Origin: a virus
DNA: 64,000 nucleotides
Direction: 5' to 3' (one strand)
IMG/VR virus record: IMGVR_UViG_3300042888_002402
Part shown: positions 18,222-28,026 of the stretch, one piece after another
Layout of the letters: every line of letters starts with the position of its first letter
Position numbering within the stretch: the first letter of the stretch is position 1
Notes under the pieces: generated by a model
What the model saw: the letters and a program-made list of their open reading frames with translations, nothing else
What the model was told of the DNA's origin: nothing
The model's database searches: none
Translations under genes and position numbers: made by a program

Positions 18222-20389
18222 GATGCTTTGTATGCGTTGAATAATTTAAACAAGCTACGCTCTAGTGTAACATTCTCTTCCATGGTGCTGGTGCGTTGAC
18301 GTTGACCAGCAATTACAGGAATAGTTGTTTGACCAGTGGACTTGGGACCGTTTAGTCCACCTGAATATTGCATGGCATTGGGACTTGACTCTGCATTAGT
18401 AGGCCAATCAGGAGCATTTTCAGAAGCATTTTCAGAAACATTTTCATCAGAACCGCATGTTGGGCAAGCTGCTTCTGGTTCTTTATGCATGCCAGCCAAT
18501 CTTAGCAATTGTGCCAAGTTTTCAGCTTCTTCTCCGTCTGCACTGACTGTGATAGATTTGTTTCCGTCGGAATTTACATTTACGCTGACATTCATGCCTT
18601 CGGTAATCATACGTTCGACTTGACTATTGATGCCTTCATAAACACCTTTGCCAAAACTCATGCCGCCCGACTTGGCCTTGCCACTGGGGGCAGCAGTTGC
18701 AACAGATCCAGAAGTTGTTGTTTCTTCAACTTCTTCTTTTTTCCCGCTGACTTTTTCTGGCAAGCCTTTTTGTTTGGTGCTGGCAAAATCTTCAGCGTCT
18801 TTTTTCTTCATAGTTTTAGCAACTTTACCAACTTCTTTTGAAGTGGCTTTTTCGCCTTTTTGTGTGGCATGAACCATGCCCATAAAACGTTGTTGCTTTT
18901 TGCTTACTGCTTTTTCATCCAGCTCTTCGCTGTCATCTTGATCTGTTTGATTCTGCATGTAGTCGTCCACTGCAGTCATCATGCCTTCGATCTTGGCCAA
19001 CTTGGCTTGTACCCATTCTGGCAAGTTGTCGTTGTCGCCTAGTATTTTTTCCAAGGCTTGTGCATGACGCACAATAGTCTTGATATCGTCTTTGGCCATT
19101 TCGCCTTCTTGATCATATTCACCACGATCTACAATATCGTCTTCACCTTCTTTGACGCGGCCGCCTTTGTGTTTATAGGCCTTGGCAGTCACACGCTCGG
19201 GTTTCTTCTCTGGACCTGCTGGCCGACCTTTTCTTTTTGGCATTCCGTCATCGGCTTTTTTATCATCATCATGGTCACGCGATCTAGCATGGTGGCGCAG
19301 ACCTGTTTTAGTTTTTTCAATTTCACCACCTGTGGAACTGCGCTTGCGCTCGCCAGTTTTCATACCTGAGGTGCTATGGGCACGGTCTTTGACATCTTTC
19401 ATCATGTCATCCCAACCTTCTTCCATTTCACCACGGCGTTTGTTCTTGACATGACCTACAGCAGATCTCATTGCATCTGCTGCAACATCACCTAACATTT
19501 CGTCAACTTCTTTTTTGGCACCAGCGATTTTATCAGCAAAGGTAATTTTGTTTGCAGGTGGTGCCAGCTTGGCAAACTTCTTTAGTTGTGGGGCGTTTAA
19601 TTTTTCGCCCAATCCTGTTGTATCAGCTTCTTTGACAGGATATTGTTTGCCACCTACATTAATTTTTTCACCAGGTTGAATCCCGTCAGCTTTGGCCTTG
19701 CGAACTGCATTGCCAAATGCATTACCTTCGTCGGTCATGCCCTGACTCTCATCATACTTGTCATACTTGTTGCGAATGTTGCTCATGGTTTTGTCACTGG
19801 CATGCTCACGGCCAGCTTTTTGCAAGGCCTTCATACCTTCATCGCCATATTTCTTTTTACCAATGGCTGCTTGGAAGGCACTTTCTTCCATACTGCCGTC
19901 TGAATTAATTTTATGCATGGCGGCACTTTGTTGTGCGTTAGCATACCTTTGACCTCTTTCTGGATACATCGGGTCTTTTCCATAAAATTCTCGCTGTTTT
20001 TTAACTTCTTTGTTCATTATTCCTTTGTGCGCATCAATCGCTGCCTGGCGGTCCGCTGGATTGTTAGTGATGTTTGCTTTTAGTCCTTTTGCCTTGGCGC
20101 CAACAGTTGCCATAGTATCATTAAATTTGTCAAACCCTTTGGCCAATGCACTACCCAGGCCTTCGTCTACGGACTCTTCTTCAACTTGGCCTTTGGCTCG
20201 CATTTTTGCCAACTGTGCACCAGCAATACGAGCACCTTTTTCACCACCGCCAGTTTTTTTGGCCAAGGCTGCAAAACCTGTTGTGGCATTGTTGTGCTTG
20301 CCCATGTCGCGCTCGTTCAGTTGCTCAGATTCTGGTTTAGCACGAATGCCGTCAAGTTTTTTATTTAAATCGTAGAAAAAATTGTCCAT
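18218..20389 (-). CDS. Charged modular head protein or polyprotein containing a DUF3008-like module
   Basis: K/E/D/G-rich; EKAVSKKQQRFMGMVHA...KDAEDFASTK module; LPEWVQAKL module; many [LIVM]xE sites. Confidence 0.6.
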   Translation of the reverse strand: MDNFFYDLNKKLDGIRAKPESEQLNERDMGKHNNATTGFAALAKKTGGGEKGARIAGAQLAKMRAKGQVEEESVDEGLGSALAKGFDKFNDTMATVGAKAKGLKANITNNPADRQAAIDAHKGIMNKEVKKQREFYGKDPMYPERGQRYANAQQSAAMHKINSDGSMEESAFQAAIGKKKYGDEGMKALQKAGREHASDKTMSNIRNKYDKYDESQGMTDEGNAFGNAVRKAKADGIQPGEKINVGGKQYPVKEADTTGLGEKLNAPQLKKFAKLAPPANKITFADKIAGAKKEVDEMLGDVAADAMRSAVGHVKNKRRGEMEEGWDDMMKDVKDRAHSTSGMKTGERKRSSTGGEIEKTKTGLRHHARSRDHDDDKKADDGMPKRKGRPAGPEKKPERVTAKAYKHKGGRVKEGEDDIVDRGEYDQEGEMAKDDIKTIVRHAQALEKILGDNDNLPEWVQAKLAKIEGMMTAVDDYMQNQTDQDDSEELDEKAVSKKQQRFMGMVHATQKGEKATSKEVGKVAKTMKKKDAEDFASTKQKGLPEKVSGKKEEVEETTTSGSVATAAPSGKAKSGGMSFGKGVYEGINSQVERMITEGMNVSVNVNSDGNKSITVSADGEEAENLAQLLRLAGMHKEPEAACPTCGSDENVSENASENAPDWPTNAESSPNAMQYSGGLNGPKSTGQTTIPVIAGQRQRTSTMEENVTLERSLFKLFNAYKAS

Positions 20390-20393
20390 TTCA

Positions 20394-21002
20394 TTATCCT
20401 CTTGGTTGTGCGCCAGTGGCTGGCTTGGGTGATCGCTTCATTGTGGTCATTGGGCTCTTAACGCCCTGTGGCAAATCATTTGTTGTTTGTGCTTTTGGTG
20501 TTTTGCCGCCAGCTACAGTAAAATCACTGCGATAAGCATTTTTTAACACTGCGTGATCGTAAGGACCGGTGGCATAGTCTTTGTATAGGGCTTTTTGTTC
20601 TTTGTCTGGAGCAGGGTAATCTGTATCAGTCAACAAGTCTTTGTTTTCTGCTTCAATTTTTTCACGCTCTGTGTCTATGGAATTTTCATATGCGGCAGTC
20701 AACATAATCACACGGTTAGGATCAAATCCCAAGATCTGTGCCAGTTGTTTGATCTGTGGCTCAATGGCAGGATATCGAAATTCTACATCAACACTGGTAA
20801 CACGGTCATTTGCAAATGCAGGAAAATCAGCTGGTTTTAATTGCACTGGTGTAATTTTTGGTGCAGAAACTTGAACAATATCAAACTGTTGCATTTTTTC
20901 TTCAAGATTTTTCAAGAAGTCTGGAGGTGTTTCACCTACCATTTTAATGCGATAGTGATAGGTTCTTTGACTTTCCGCTAGATATTCTTTGAACTGTTTC
21001 AT
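20394..21002 (-). CDS. Hypothetical head protein with a CTS-like N-terminus
   Basis: MKQFKEYLAE start; TAAATA and SD upstream. Confidence 0.6.
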   Translation of the reverse strand: MKQFKEYLAESQRTYHYRIKMVGETPPDFLKNLEEKMQQFDIVQVSAPKITPVQLKPADFPAFANDRVTSVDVEFRYPAIEPQIKQLAQILGFDPNRVIMLTAAYENSIDTEREKIEAENKDLLTDTDYPAPDKEQKALYKDYATGPYDHAVLKNAYRSDFTVAGGKTPKAQTTNDLPQGVKSPMTTMKRSPKPATGAQPRG

Positions 21003-21022
21003 AATAATTCCCTATATGATAT

Positions 21023-21502
21023 TTATGCGTCTTTGGTCTTTTGGTCTCTATTACCAATTAACCGTTCCAGCAAATCGTTACGACTGAGTATTTGTCCGTG
21101 TGCAGTTTCCACTGCGGTTTCTTCCTCACGACCCTGATCCAGCTTGACTTTTTTAAGTTGTAGATCAATCATTTTTAATTTTTTGTTTAATTTGGCAGTC
21201 TTGGCTGTCAGTGCATGTCCTAACATTTGGCTGGCCACTGCAAATATTTCTGCTGAATACCTTGAGTCCACATTGAATCCTAGATCCATTAGGTTATCAA
21301 ATGTATCAGTTGCTTTGGTAGCCAGTGCATCCATTTCTTCATCGCTGGCATCTAGATTACGCACTGCAGGTAGTGCTGCATCGATCTTATCAATGGTATT
21401 GTCTATGTCTGTTATGGCTGACTGCGTTTGTTCAACAGTGGGTGTTTCTTCTGTAGTCGGATCAGAAGGCGGTAAATCAAATAATTCTTCAAGTTTTCTC
21501 AT
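21023..21502 (-). CDS. gp16: Probable terminase small subunit
   Basis: Helical; LMDLGFNVDSRYSAEIFAVASQML resembles the T4 gp16 core; adjacent to gp4. Confidence 0.5.
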   Translation of the reverse strand: MRKLEELFDLPPSDPTTEETPTVEQTQSAITDIDNTIDKIDAALPAVRNLDASDEEMDALATKATDTFDNLMDLGFNVDSRYSAEIFAVASQMLGHALTAKTAKLNKKLKMIDLQLKKVKLDQGREEETAVETAHGQILSRNDLLERLIGNRDQKTKDA

Positions 21503-21529
21503 ACCCATATTTACCGTGAGAATTGGCGC

Positions 21530-21967
21530 TTATCTTTTCTTAGCACCTTGATGGAACATGTCATCTTCGGTTATTACGCGAAACACAAGACCGTTTCGTC
21601 TACACCATTTGGTAGCTTGATCCCATTTGGCATAGTTTAGTGCCACAACCGCACGATCCCTAGCAGATGCTTTGCTTTCTAGTACGCTTTGTTTTTTGGG
21701 TTTAATCTCAATTACTTCAGCTTTCACAATATTATCTTTGGTGCGGTAGGTGATCAAAAAATCTGGAATATAAATGCTTTGCTTGCCTGTGATGGGATTG
21801 CGATATGGTATTGATATACTTTCACTAGCCCATTGTAATATGCTGTCATTGGTGTCTAGGAAATGCATAAAACTCATTTCCCACCCTGATCTAAATCTTG
21901 GAGTATTTTTACCCACATACTTGTTGGGATTTTGTACTTGATATGTACCTTGGCGGTAATTGGCCAT
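21530..21967 (-). CDS. gp4: Head completion nuclease (gp4, TnsA-like PD-(D/E)xK)
   Basis: NPNKYVG, RSGWE..FM..LD, WASE.I.IPY, YIPDF, IEIKP, N.AKW, FRVITE. Confidence 0.9.
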   Translation of the reverse strand: MANYRQGTYQVQNPNKYVGKNTPRFRSGWEMSFMHFLDTNDSILQWASESISIPYRNPITGKQSIYIPDFLITYRTKDNIVKAEVIEIKPKKQSVLESKASARDRAVVALNYAKWDQATKWCRRNGLVFRVITEDDMFHQGAKKR

Positions 21968-21972
21968 GTTGG

Positions 21973-22332
21973 TCAGGCCTGTATATTTCTAGCCACGTAG
22001 TAGTTGGGAATACTAGGAACATTGATACCTAGCAGTGTGGCAGGACTTCTAAGACCATTGAGATAATAACTCAAAGTCAGTGTCAATTGAGGCTGGCTTT
22101 GTCCTTGTATTTGTTGCAACAGCGTCAGCACAGGAATTTTTGATTGTTCAGCAACTCTGAACAATGTCACTGTGAAATTGGCTGCTGCGTCAGCAGTGCT
22201 GAACACACTGCGAAAATAACTATTGACCACATCATACTCATCCGCTGGCACATCTTGTGAAAAACTGTAAAAACTGTCAAACACCCGCACTGATAAATCA
22301 GTGTTGGTATTGATTGCGTTAACTGTGCCCAT
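21973..22332 (-). CDS. Hypothetical tail/baseplate-associated protein
   Basis: ORF in the tail operon with a GGAGG SD. Confidence 0.55.
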   Translation of the reverse strand: MGTVNAINTNTDLSVRVFDSFYSFSQDVPADEYDVVNSYFRSVFSTADAAANFTVTLFRVAEQSKIPVLTLLQQIQGQSQPQLTLTLSYYLNGLRSPATLLGINVPSIPNYYVARNIQA

Positions 22333-22337
22333 GATTA

Positions 22338-23564
22338 TCATGCACCTCCTGGGCCGCCCGGATTATTTGGATCAATACTTAAATTTGTTGTTTGTCCGTA
22401 CTCTCCTGTCACTGGAATAGGTGGCAATGGAAAAAATGCGCCGCCACCTGAATTTTGTATTTGTTGGATTTGTCCAGGCAAACTGCCTTGCGCTATGCTT
22501 TGAGCGTTGTTGTATGCAGTTGTTGATACTCTACTAGGACCACGTTGATATGTGTTGATGTTGACTCCGGCAGTTTGCACTGCACCTCTGACATTTTGTG
22601 AACCATTGAACCCTGATTGGACCGCTTGTAAATCTTGAACATAACCAGTTGTTGCAACAGTGCCGCCTTGTAAAAATACAGTATTGGTGGAACCTGCTCG
22701 TGCAATAGAACTAGGTGTGGTATCATAATGTGCTGGATCAGCAAAACCAAGAACATTGTTGCTGGGAGTCTGACCGCCCACTGCGCCAGAATAATATTTC
22801 ACTGTTTCGTAGCGTATGCTCATTGTGTGTTGTACTGTGCCGTTGCCTTGGCTGTAGTCATATGTGTCATGCTGCCATCCAGTGATTATTGGATTGATCA
22901 ACGTGTATTGTGCAAACTGTTTGTTGGCAAGACCATATATGGTTATGTCATTAAAAAATGGTGGCTTGCTGGCTGTGGTACTAGCAGTGCTCTGGCTTGA
23001 ATTGTTATAGGTCTCGCCTATGTATCCCCAATCACTGACAGCCCGTGCGCTATTGTAGATATCACTGGTGTTATAACCAAAGCCATTGACATTGGTAGCA
23101 GATTGACCAGAGGTGCCGGGTTGGTTTGGTACATTGTTGTAGCCTTGACTGGGGTCAGCATAATAATAGCTGTAGTAGTTGTACCACATTGTTCTAATTA
23201 AATCGCTGGTATCATCGTGAAACGTCAATGTTACAGGATCATAATTGATTTTGGTCTGTACTAGCCGCTTGCGGTTGTACTGATTCATAACATCAACTTC
23301 AAATGTGTAACTGGGCAATTGAGCAGTTTTAACTAGTACACTGACACTTGAAGAATTACCAGTACCAAATAAATTACTTAACGCAGGTATGCCTGCAGTG
23401 TTGATGTTAAAATAAACATGGAATAGATATTTGAGCCTGGGTGTCAGTGCATAGTTATTGGTCCTAAAGACCTTTGACGCATGTCTATAATCTTTAAGAC
23501 CAGAAATACCATTTACAGCCTGGCCAGCGGCGAATCCTTGAAGCAGGTTTTCAGCAAAACCCAC
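22338..23564 (-). CDS. Tail tube-fold baseplate protein (gp54/gp48-like tube initiator)
   Basis: VK..QLPSY.F....NQYNRKR....KINYDPVTLTFHDD; follows the tube gene. Confidence 0.6.
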   Translation of the reverse strand: MGFAENLLQGFAAGQAVNGISGLKDYRHASKVFRTNNYALTPRLKYLFHVYFNINTAGIPALSNLFGTGNSSSVSVLVKTAQLPSYTFEVDVMNQYNRKRLVQTKINYDPVTLTFHDDTSDLIRTMWYNYYSYYYADPSQGYNNVPNQPGTSGQSATNVNGFGYNTSDIYNSARAVSDWGYIGETYNNSSQSTASTTASKPPFFNDITIYGLANKQFAQYTLINPIITGWQHDTYDYSQGNGTVQHTMSIRYETVKYYSGAVGGQTPSNNVLGFADPAHYDTTPSSIARAGSTNTVFLQGGTVATTGYVQDLQAVQSGFNGSQNVRGAVQTAGVNINTYQRGPSRVSTTAYNNAQSIAQGSLPGQIQQIQNSGGGAFFPLPPIPVTGEYGQTTNLSIDPNNPGGPGGA

Positions 23565-23569
23565 TTTTT

Positions 23570-24199
23570 TTAGCCGCCTATGCTGGTAGCAACGTCGCCA
23601 TTGGTTCTAAGAATCGGAATACCAACGCCACCACCACCGCTAGGCCCTTGGATTGCATTGTCATATCTGATTGTTAAACTAATTGTGGCTGCTTCATTTG
23701 AGCCATAATTGAAATCGTTATAGTTAACAGTTTGAAGATAGCATCCCAACAATTGCCACGACTCTAACGCTATTGGTGCGTTAACACCATTGCCACCATC
23801 AAGCACTTCAAAAAAGGTTAAGAATTTATAATCAATACCAGAAGCCGCAGAACTCATTTCTGCAAAATCCAATTGTTTCTGCAGTTGCTCACCAATTAAC
23901 TGACTGACTGCACCATCTGCACTATCACGTATGTTGCATGTAACGTCAGCCCAGCTGTATTTTCCAGCTAATTTAATAGTACTGTTATATACAGGAAGAT
24001 CAATATTTTCAAAAGTTACATTGGGTCTTGTAAAATCTACAACTTGTTTGGTAAGATCTGTAGTGAACCCGCCTACGCCAAGATTCTGAAATGAGACTCT
24101 GAATCTATATTTCAGCTTGGGCATTATCAAGCCCTGTGTTGGACTGCTCTGGTCGTTGGCCAGAGGCACTGTCATTTTTGTTAGTGATGATGTAGCCAT
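23570..24199 (-). CDS. gp19: Tail tube protein
   Basis: PKLKYRFRV, TRPNVTF, LAGKYSW, W.L.GCY, LTIRYDNA; immediately follows the sheath gene. Confidence 0.85.
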   Translation of the reverse strand: MATSSLTKMTVPLANDQSSPTQGLIMPKLKYRFRVSFQNLGVGGFTTDLTKQVVDFTRPNVTFENIDLPVYNSTIKLAGKYSWADVTCNIRDSADGAVSQLIGEQLQKQLDFAEMSSAASGIDYKFLTFFEVLDGGNGVNAPIALESWQLLGCYLQTVNYNDFNYGSNEAATISLTIRYDNAIQGPSGGGGVGIPILRTNGDVATSIGG

Positions 24200-24233
24200 T
24201 TGTGTTCTATCTCCTGATACGTTTATTTATGGT

Positions 24234-24262
24234 AAAAAGGTCGGGTAAATTTTACCCGACTT
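24234..24262 (-). terminator. Rho-independent terminator after gp18, followed by a TAAATA late promoter (24224-24229)
   Basis: GTCGGGTAA/TTACCCGAC stem plus T-tract. Confidence 0.75.
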
Positions 24263-24264
24263 TC

Positions 24265-27200
24265 TTAGGCTGTTGTTTGTGCAGCAATGGTTCCTGTGTT
24301 TTGTATGCGCAATGGTATGTAGATAAACTCAATTGCTTTGACTGGTTCAATTGCAATATCCACGTATAACTCATTGCGGTCAATTGTAGCAGGAGTATTG
24401 TTAGAAAGATCGCACACAACCAAGTAGTCATAGATACCACGTTTGTTCACAAGATCAATCATCAAACTGGTCACTGAGTTAGTAATTTGTGCACGAGTGA
24501 TTGAATCATTGGGTTCAAACAAGTAATTGTTACCAATTAGTTGCAATCTGCCGCGCAAATAAGCTACTAAACGTGCTACGTTAATGCGGTCTAATGCAGT
24601 TGTAGTTGCTTGCAGTGTGAGATTACCAAAGTTAGTAATACCAACGCCTGGTATAAATGTAATTGGATTAATATCATTTTGATATAGCGTATCGCGCAGT
24701 CCTTGATTTATAGTATTGCGTGTATACTCACCAGTTGTGGCATCAATGAATCCTAGGCTAAACGCATTGTCTACAACTCCACGTCGTGTGCCAGCAGGTG
24801 CCAACCACGGATAGCTCACACTATCACTACGGATAATTGTGCGTACCATCATGTGACTAGGTGGTTGCACCACTGAATTTCCACTAAGGTCAGTTGTTTG
24901 GCAACTAGGATAAAACGTTGCCGCATATGAGTCATTGGTTGTTAATCCGTCGCCTGCAGGAATTCCAAGTCCATTGTTGTTTGTGGCCCATGTAACAACA
25001 TCGGTTGGACTTAGTCGCAAAGGAGTATCAACCACCACAAATCCAGTGTCATTACGATCATTGTTAAGTGCAACCATGTTTGATGCCAGCTCTGGATACT
25101 GAGGGCATGCAATCAAATTGAACACATTTTGATTTTCACGTATTGTGGTATTTGAATCAATGCCGGCTTTGAGTGCTTGTACAATCATTGCTCGTTGTGC
25201 TTGGCGTCCCATATAAGGGGATCCATCTATACGCAACCCACTAGCAGTCAGCCAAGTGCTGGTCACTGTTGGTAATGTGTCAGGTGGTGGATATGAAGTG
25301 GCATTGAAATAATTGGCTTCAAATTGTTTTACGTTGTATCCGGATCTGCGTGTGTTAAACAACAATATGCCCTGTGGATACAGTGCAGGGTCAGGTGCAT
25401 CTAGATCCAAATAATCACTGGTTAACAAACTAACAATGCTAGGAATTGGATCAGTGACTGGATCTGTGGTTCCGTTTGGCGCCCATCGTGCATCAGCAAA
25501 TAACACACCGTTTTCTGTTGTTTGATCAGCATTACTGAGTGTAACCCATTGATCTTGACCGTCAACATCTTGCCAACGATTAATCAATGGATAATTTTCT
25601 AAATCACTGGTATCGATCCACAAATCACCATATACCAATGGACTAGCAGATGAATTGTTTTGGGTTGTCGGTGCAGTAGGGCTAAACTGTGGCCCAGTGG
25701 CATTGGTTTGACTTAGGTCATATCCACGCACGTCTGGATTGGCATTTTGATATCCTACCCACACACCATTATCACTGATCATGATATCAGCCTGATCTAT
25801 GGCAGAATAATACCATAGTTGACCAGATGCTGGATCTTGATTTGGTGCACTGTTACTAGCAGTGTAAGTGAAGGTTGTAGATCCTACCCAGTTGCTGAGT
25901 ATTAAACTATTAGTTGTAACATCCAGAGATCTAACACCAACACAAGCAGTCGAAAACCCTGCAGTGGCCACTGGGGTTCCAGTAACATTGGCAAGAATGA
26001 TGTCACCTCCGGTACTGTGAGTAAACACCAATGCTCCACTGCTGTTAATTGATGCACTAACATATGGTACAGCTGCGGCACTGACTGCGCTGACAAAATC
26101 TGTAGCGGTAGTACCTAGTAGTGTGACAAGAGCCGGTGGTGATGTTAAAGAAGCAGTGCCAGGCTGTGTGGCCCTTATTGAAAAACTATTACCAGAAACA
26201 AACGGACCAGGTGTTGTATCGGTACCAGTAATTATTGTAGGGCCTGTGGCGTATCTTTCAAGTATTAAAAATCCAGATGTGCCGCCGTTGCCAGATAATT
26301 CTGTATAATAAGGATTAACTTCTGCATAGGTACTGCCAGCTGGAATATTTGTGCCGCCGCCAGATGGATCTAGTGCATATATTGCAGCGGCATCATTGTA
26401 GTACACAGGACATGCTTGTTGTACAAATGTTCCCAGTGTTGAATTGTAACGTTTCATAACAATGTTAGTACCCAAATTTACATTGTTGGTTTTTTGCCAT
26501 ACAGATCCAGTTGGTTCTGGTTGCGGTGCAGTGGATCTCCAGTTTGGTGCAGTGTAATTTGGGCTGGCAAGATACGCAGGTGCAAAATATGTAGTTGCAA
26601 CAATGCCCAAATTGGCCAACACTGTGCCTGTACTAGCAGTGATGTTAACTATACCTGTGCCTTCGGTACTGCCATCGCTTGTGGCTGTGCTGTTGGCATA
26701 CAATTCTAATTTTCCACCAATATGAGCAGAATAAACACCTGTTATAGCTGCAGTGTTGATAGCATTAGACAAACCTTCAACTGTGTTATTAGGGCTAACA
26801 GGAACAGTGACAACTGTGCCATTGATAGTTATTGTATTACCAGCAGTCAATGAGGTAGGCGCTAGTGTGCCTTGCACAGTTGGCCATGCAGTTTTCCAAT
26901 CATCACTGCCAATCAACACCCAGGTGTTATTGAAATCACTGAGTTCAGTTGCACTGGTTTGAGCACTGGTAGGACCGCCACGTTTGTAGTAGCCAGGCAA
27001 TGTTGTGCTGGTTGCGGTAACTGCATATTGACCAATGCTGCCAAAACTTTGTAATGGCACAGTGGAACCGGTTTCAAGATTAGCAGTATCAGTAATAACC
27101 AATGGTACTTGATTGGTAAATGCACCAGTAACCTGATTCCATTCAAAAATACCCCATGCAGTGTTTGCAGTATCTAGCCAGTAAGTATTATTAGGAGGAC

Positions 27201-27585
27201 TACCAACTGGTCTAGTTAATGTAGCAGTCAACTGTGATAGATCAATGTCTACACGTTGTACGTAGCATCTATTAGATATACCAAGGGCCGAATACGCAGC
27301 CAATAAGCCGTATTCGTTAAGTTCGTAGCCATTGATTGGTGTTCCTGCTGCAGTGTTATAAAAGAACGGAACCCCAAAAGTAGATAACAAATCTCGTTGA
27401 CTTGTAATCAAGAATGTTTGATTAACAGTTGCTGCAGTTGTGCCTACTGCTATGCCAGTTCCAGCACCTGATATCTTATTTGACGCAGTGGCCAACAAAA
27501 TATAAGGAACAGAATTGGTTGCAGCTGGTATGTAATTACTTTGATCAATTACTGTAACTTGTACGCCGGGGGATAATAGAGCCAT
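24265..27585 (-). CDS. gp18: Contractile tail sheath protein, enlarged (1106 aa)
   Basis: MALLSPGVQV; C-terminal PWLAPAG.RRG, RDTLY...INPI, LDRINVARL, FEPND, CD.SNNTP..IDRNEL.VDIAIEPVKAIEFI. Confidence 0.95.
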   Translation of the reverse strand: MALLSPGVQVTVIDQSNYIPAATNSVPYILLATASNKISGAGTGIAVGTTAATVNQTFLITSQRDLLSTFGVPFFYNTAAGTPINGYELNEYGLLAAYSALGISNRCYVQRVDIDLSQLTATLTRPVGSPPNNTYWLDTANTAWGIFEWNQVTGAFTNQVPLVITDTANLETGSTVPLQSFGSIGQYAVTATSTTLPGYYKRGGPTSAQTSATELSDFNNTWVLIGSDDWKTAWPTVQGTLAPTSLTAGNTITINGTVVTVPVSPNNTVEGLSNAINTAAITGVYSAHIGGKLELYANSTATSDGSTEGTGIVNITASTGTVLANLGIVATTYFAPAYLASPNYTAPNWRSTAPQPEPTGSVWQKTNNVNLGTNIVMKRYNSTLGTFVQQACPVYYNDAAAIYALDPSGGGTNIPAGSTYAEVNPYYTELSGNGGTSGFLILERYATGPTIITGTDTTPGPFVSGNSFSIRATQPGTASLTSPPALVTLLGTTATDFVSAVSAAAVPYVSASINSSGALVFTHSTGGDIILANVTGTPVATAGFSTACVGVRSLDVTTNSLILSNWVGSTTFTYTASNSAPNQDPASGQLWYYSAIDQADIMISDNGVWVGYQNANPDVRGYDLSQTNATGPQFSPTAPTTQNNSSASPLVYGDLWIDTSDLENYPLINRWQDVDGQDQWVTLSNADQTTENGVLFADARWAPNGTTDPVTDPIPSIVSLLTSDYLDLDAPDPALYPQGILLFNTRRSGYNVKQFEANYFNATSYPPPDTLPTVTSTWLTASGLRIDGSPYMGRQAQRAMIVQALKAGIDSNTTIRENQNVFNLIACPQYPELASNMVALNNDRNDTGFVVVDTPLRLSPTDVVTWATNNNGLGIPAGDGLTTNDSYAATFYPSCQTTDLSGNSVVQPPSHMMVRTIIRSDSVSYPWLAPAGTRRGVVDNAFSLGFIDATTGEYTRNTINQGLRDTLYQNDINPITFIPGVGITNFGNLTLQATTTALDRINVARLVAYLRGRLQLIGNNYLFEPNDSITRAQITNSVTSLMIDLVNKRGIYDYLVVCDLSNNTPATIDRNELYVDIAIEPVKAIEFIYIPLRIQNTGTIAAQTTA

Positions 27586-27681
27586 GACAAAATCCTTTTT
27601 TCAATATAGATATTTAGTAAAGATTGAAAAAAGAGCAGGTGTAAGAGTCCCTACTAGTAGGTTTTGCGTATAAATATCAGC

Positions 27682-28026
27682 ATGAGACCCATCTGTCAGA
27701 CATGTAATCAAAGACCCAGAGCCGTTGCGTACCATCGAAATGAGCAGGTACAATATCGTAAAATGTGTGAGTATTGTATTAAACGAAAACGGCGGGTTCC
27801 TGCTCCGACGGCTAGATGGAAATTAGCAGGGTATAAGAAAAAATCCACATGTGATCGGTGTGGATTTAGATCCAAATACACTGGTCAATTATTGGTGTAT
27901 CATATAGATGGAAATTTAAATAATAATACGTTGAGAAATTTAAAAACTATATGTTTAAACTGCACCGTTGACATTAAAAAAGCAGATCTACCTTGGACAC
28001 CTGGTGATCTTGAACCAGATTATTAA
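27682..28026 (+). CDS. Small zinc-finger/HNH endonuclease-like protein
   Basis: CxxC pairs, YHIDGNLNNN...NLKTICLNC; TATAAATA 5 nt before ATG 27682. Confidence 0.75.
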   Translation: MRPICQTCNQRPRAVAYHRNEQVQYRKMCEYCIKRKRRVPAPTARWKLAGYKKKSTCDRCGFRSKYTGQLLVYHIDGNLNNNTLRNLKTICLNCTVDIKKADLPWTPGDLEPDY

